A stretch of 51,631 nt of DNA from contig JBARKD010000406.1 in NCBI GenBank assembly GCA_049800615.1, positions 1 through 51,631 of the forward strand. Direction: 5' to 3'. A program made the position numbers and the translations under genes. This document shows positions 51,594 to 51,631 of this stretch, in pieces. The stretch is from Acidobacteriaceae bacterium (GTDB lineage Bacteria > Acidobacteriota > Terriglobia > Terriglobales > Acidobacteriaceae). How positions within the stretch are numbered: position 1 is the first letter of the stretch; each line of letters starts with the position of its first letter. The notes beneath the pieces were generated by a model that saw only the letters and a list, made by a program, of their open reading frames with translations, was not told where the DNA came from and searched no databases.

Positions 51594-51631
51594 CCAACGG
51601 AACCGGCTTGCCCCACAAGTTTGTCATCTCG

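Noticed and set aside
1-51631. Search for tRNA/rRNA genes, IS elements, integrases, prophage genes, cas genes and known multi-gene defence systems
   Set aside because: I recognised none by eye. No cloverleaf-like conserved tRNA blocks appear in the intergenic regions, and there are no transposase or integrase motifs. This is a visual scan only. tRNAscan-SE, Infernal, ISEScan and DefenseFinder/PADLOC would be decisive.

Overview
This 51.6-kb window is GC-rich and densely coding. I called about 43 protein-coding genes and found no rRNA, tRNA, CRISPR array, transposase or integrase by eye. The gene content points to a chromosomal segment of an Acidobacteriota-like soil bacterium: an ADOP-type duplicated orphan FtsX permease, a DUF1800/DUF1501 pair, two PQQ dehydrogenases, two ECF sigma/anti-sigma modules, many Tat/Sec-exported enzymes, and hairpin-rich dispersed intergenic repeats. 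This taxonomic placement is an inference.

All calls come from the ORF track plus motif recognition by eye. No BLAST or HMM search was possible, so family names are motif-level assignments and start codons are best guesses based on RBS and signal-peptide logic.

Candidate novel systems, in priority order:
1. 17.6-22.0 kb: an ECF sigma factor followed by a 1189-aa protein that fuses a zinc anti-sigma (HxxxCxxC) domain, one TM helix, a TPR array and a C-terminal CHAT caspase-like protease. This resembles the TPR-CHAT/ECF-sigma logic of type III-E CRISPR loci, but no cas genes are present. It lies tail-to-tail with a leaderless clostripain (C11)-like protein whose catalytic His appears to be replaced and which carries a selected 20-aa tandem-repeat tail.
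2. 3.9-6.1 kb: a RES toxin/Xre-DUF2384 antitoxin pair translationally coupled to an upstream 435-aa protein that looks like a squalene/phytoene-synthase fold.
3. 45.4-51.6 kb: a secreted protein with about 24 TPR units, overlapping (ATGA) a 3-TM membrane protein, followed by a single-pass membrane protein with a winged-helix-like N-terminal module.

Other notable items are a self-sufficient Rieske oxygenase-reductase fusion, a PQQ propeller with an internally inserted cytochrome c, a plant-type SABATH-like methyltransferase beside a repeat cluster, and an ECF sigma/anti-sigma/HEAT/HEAT operon.
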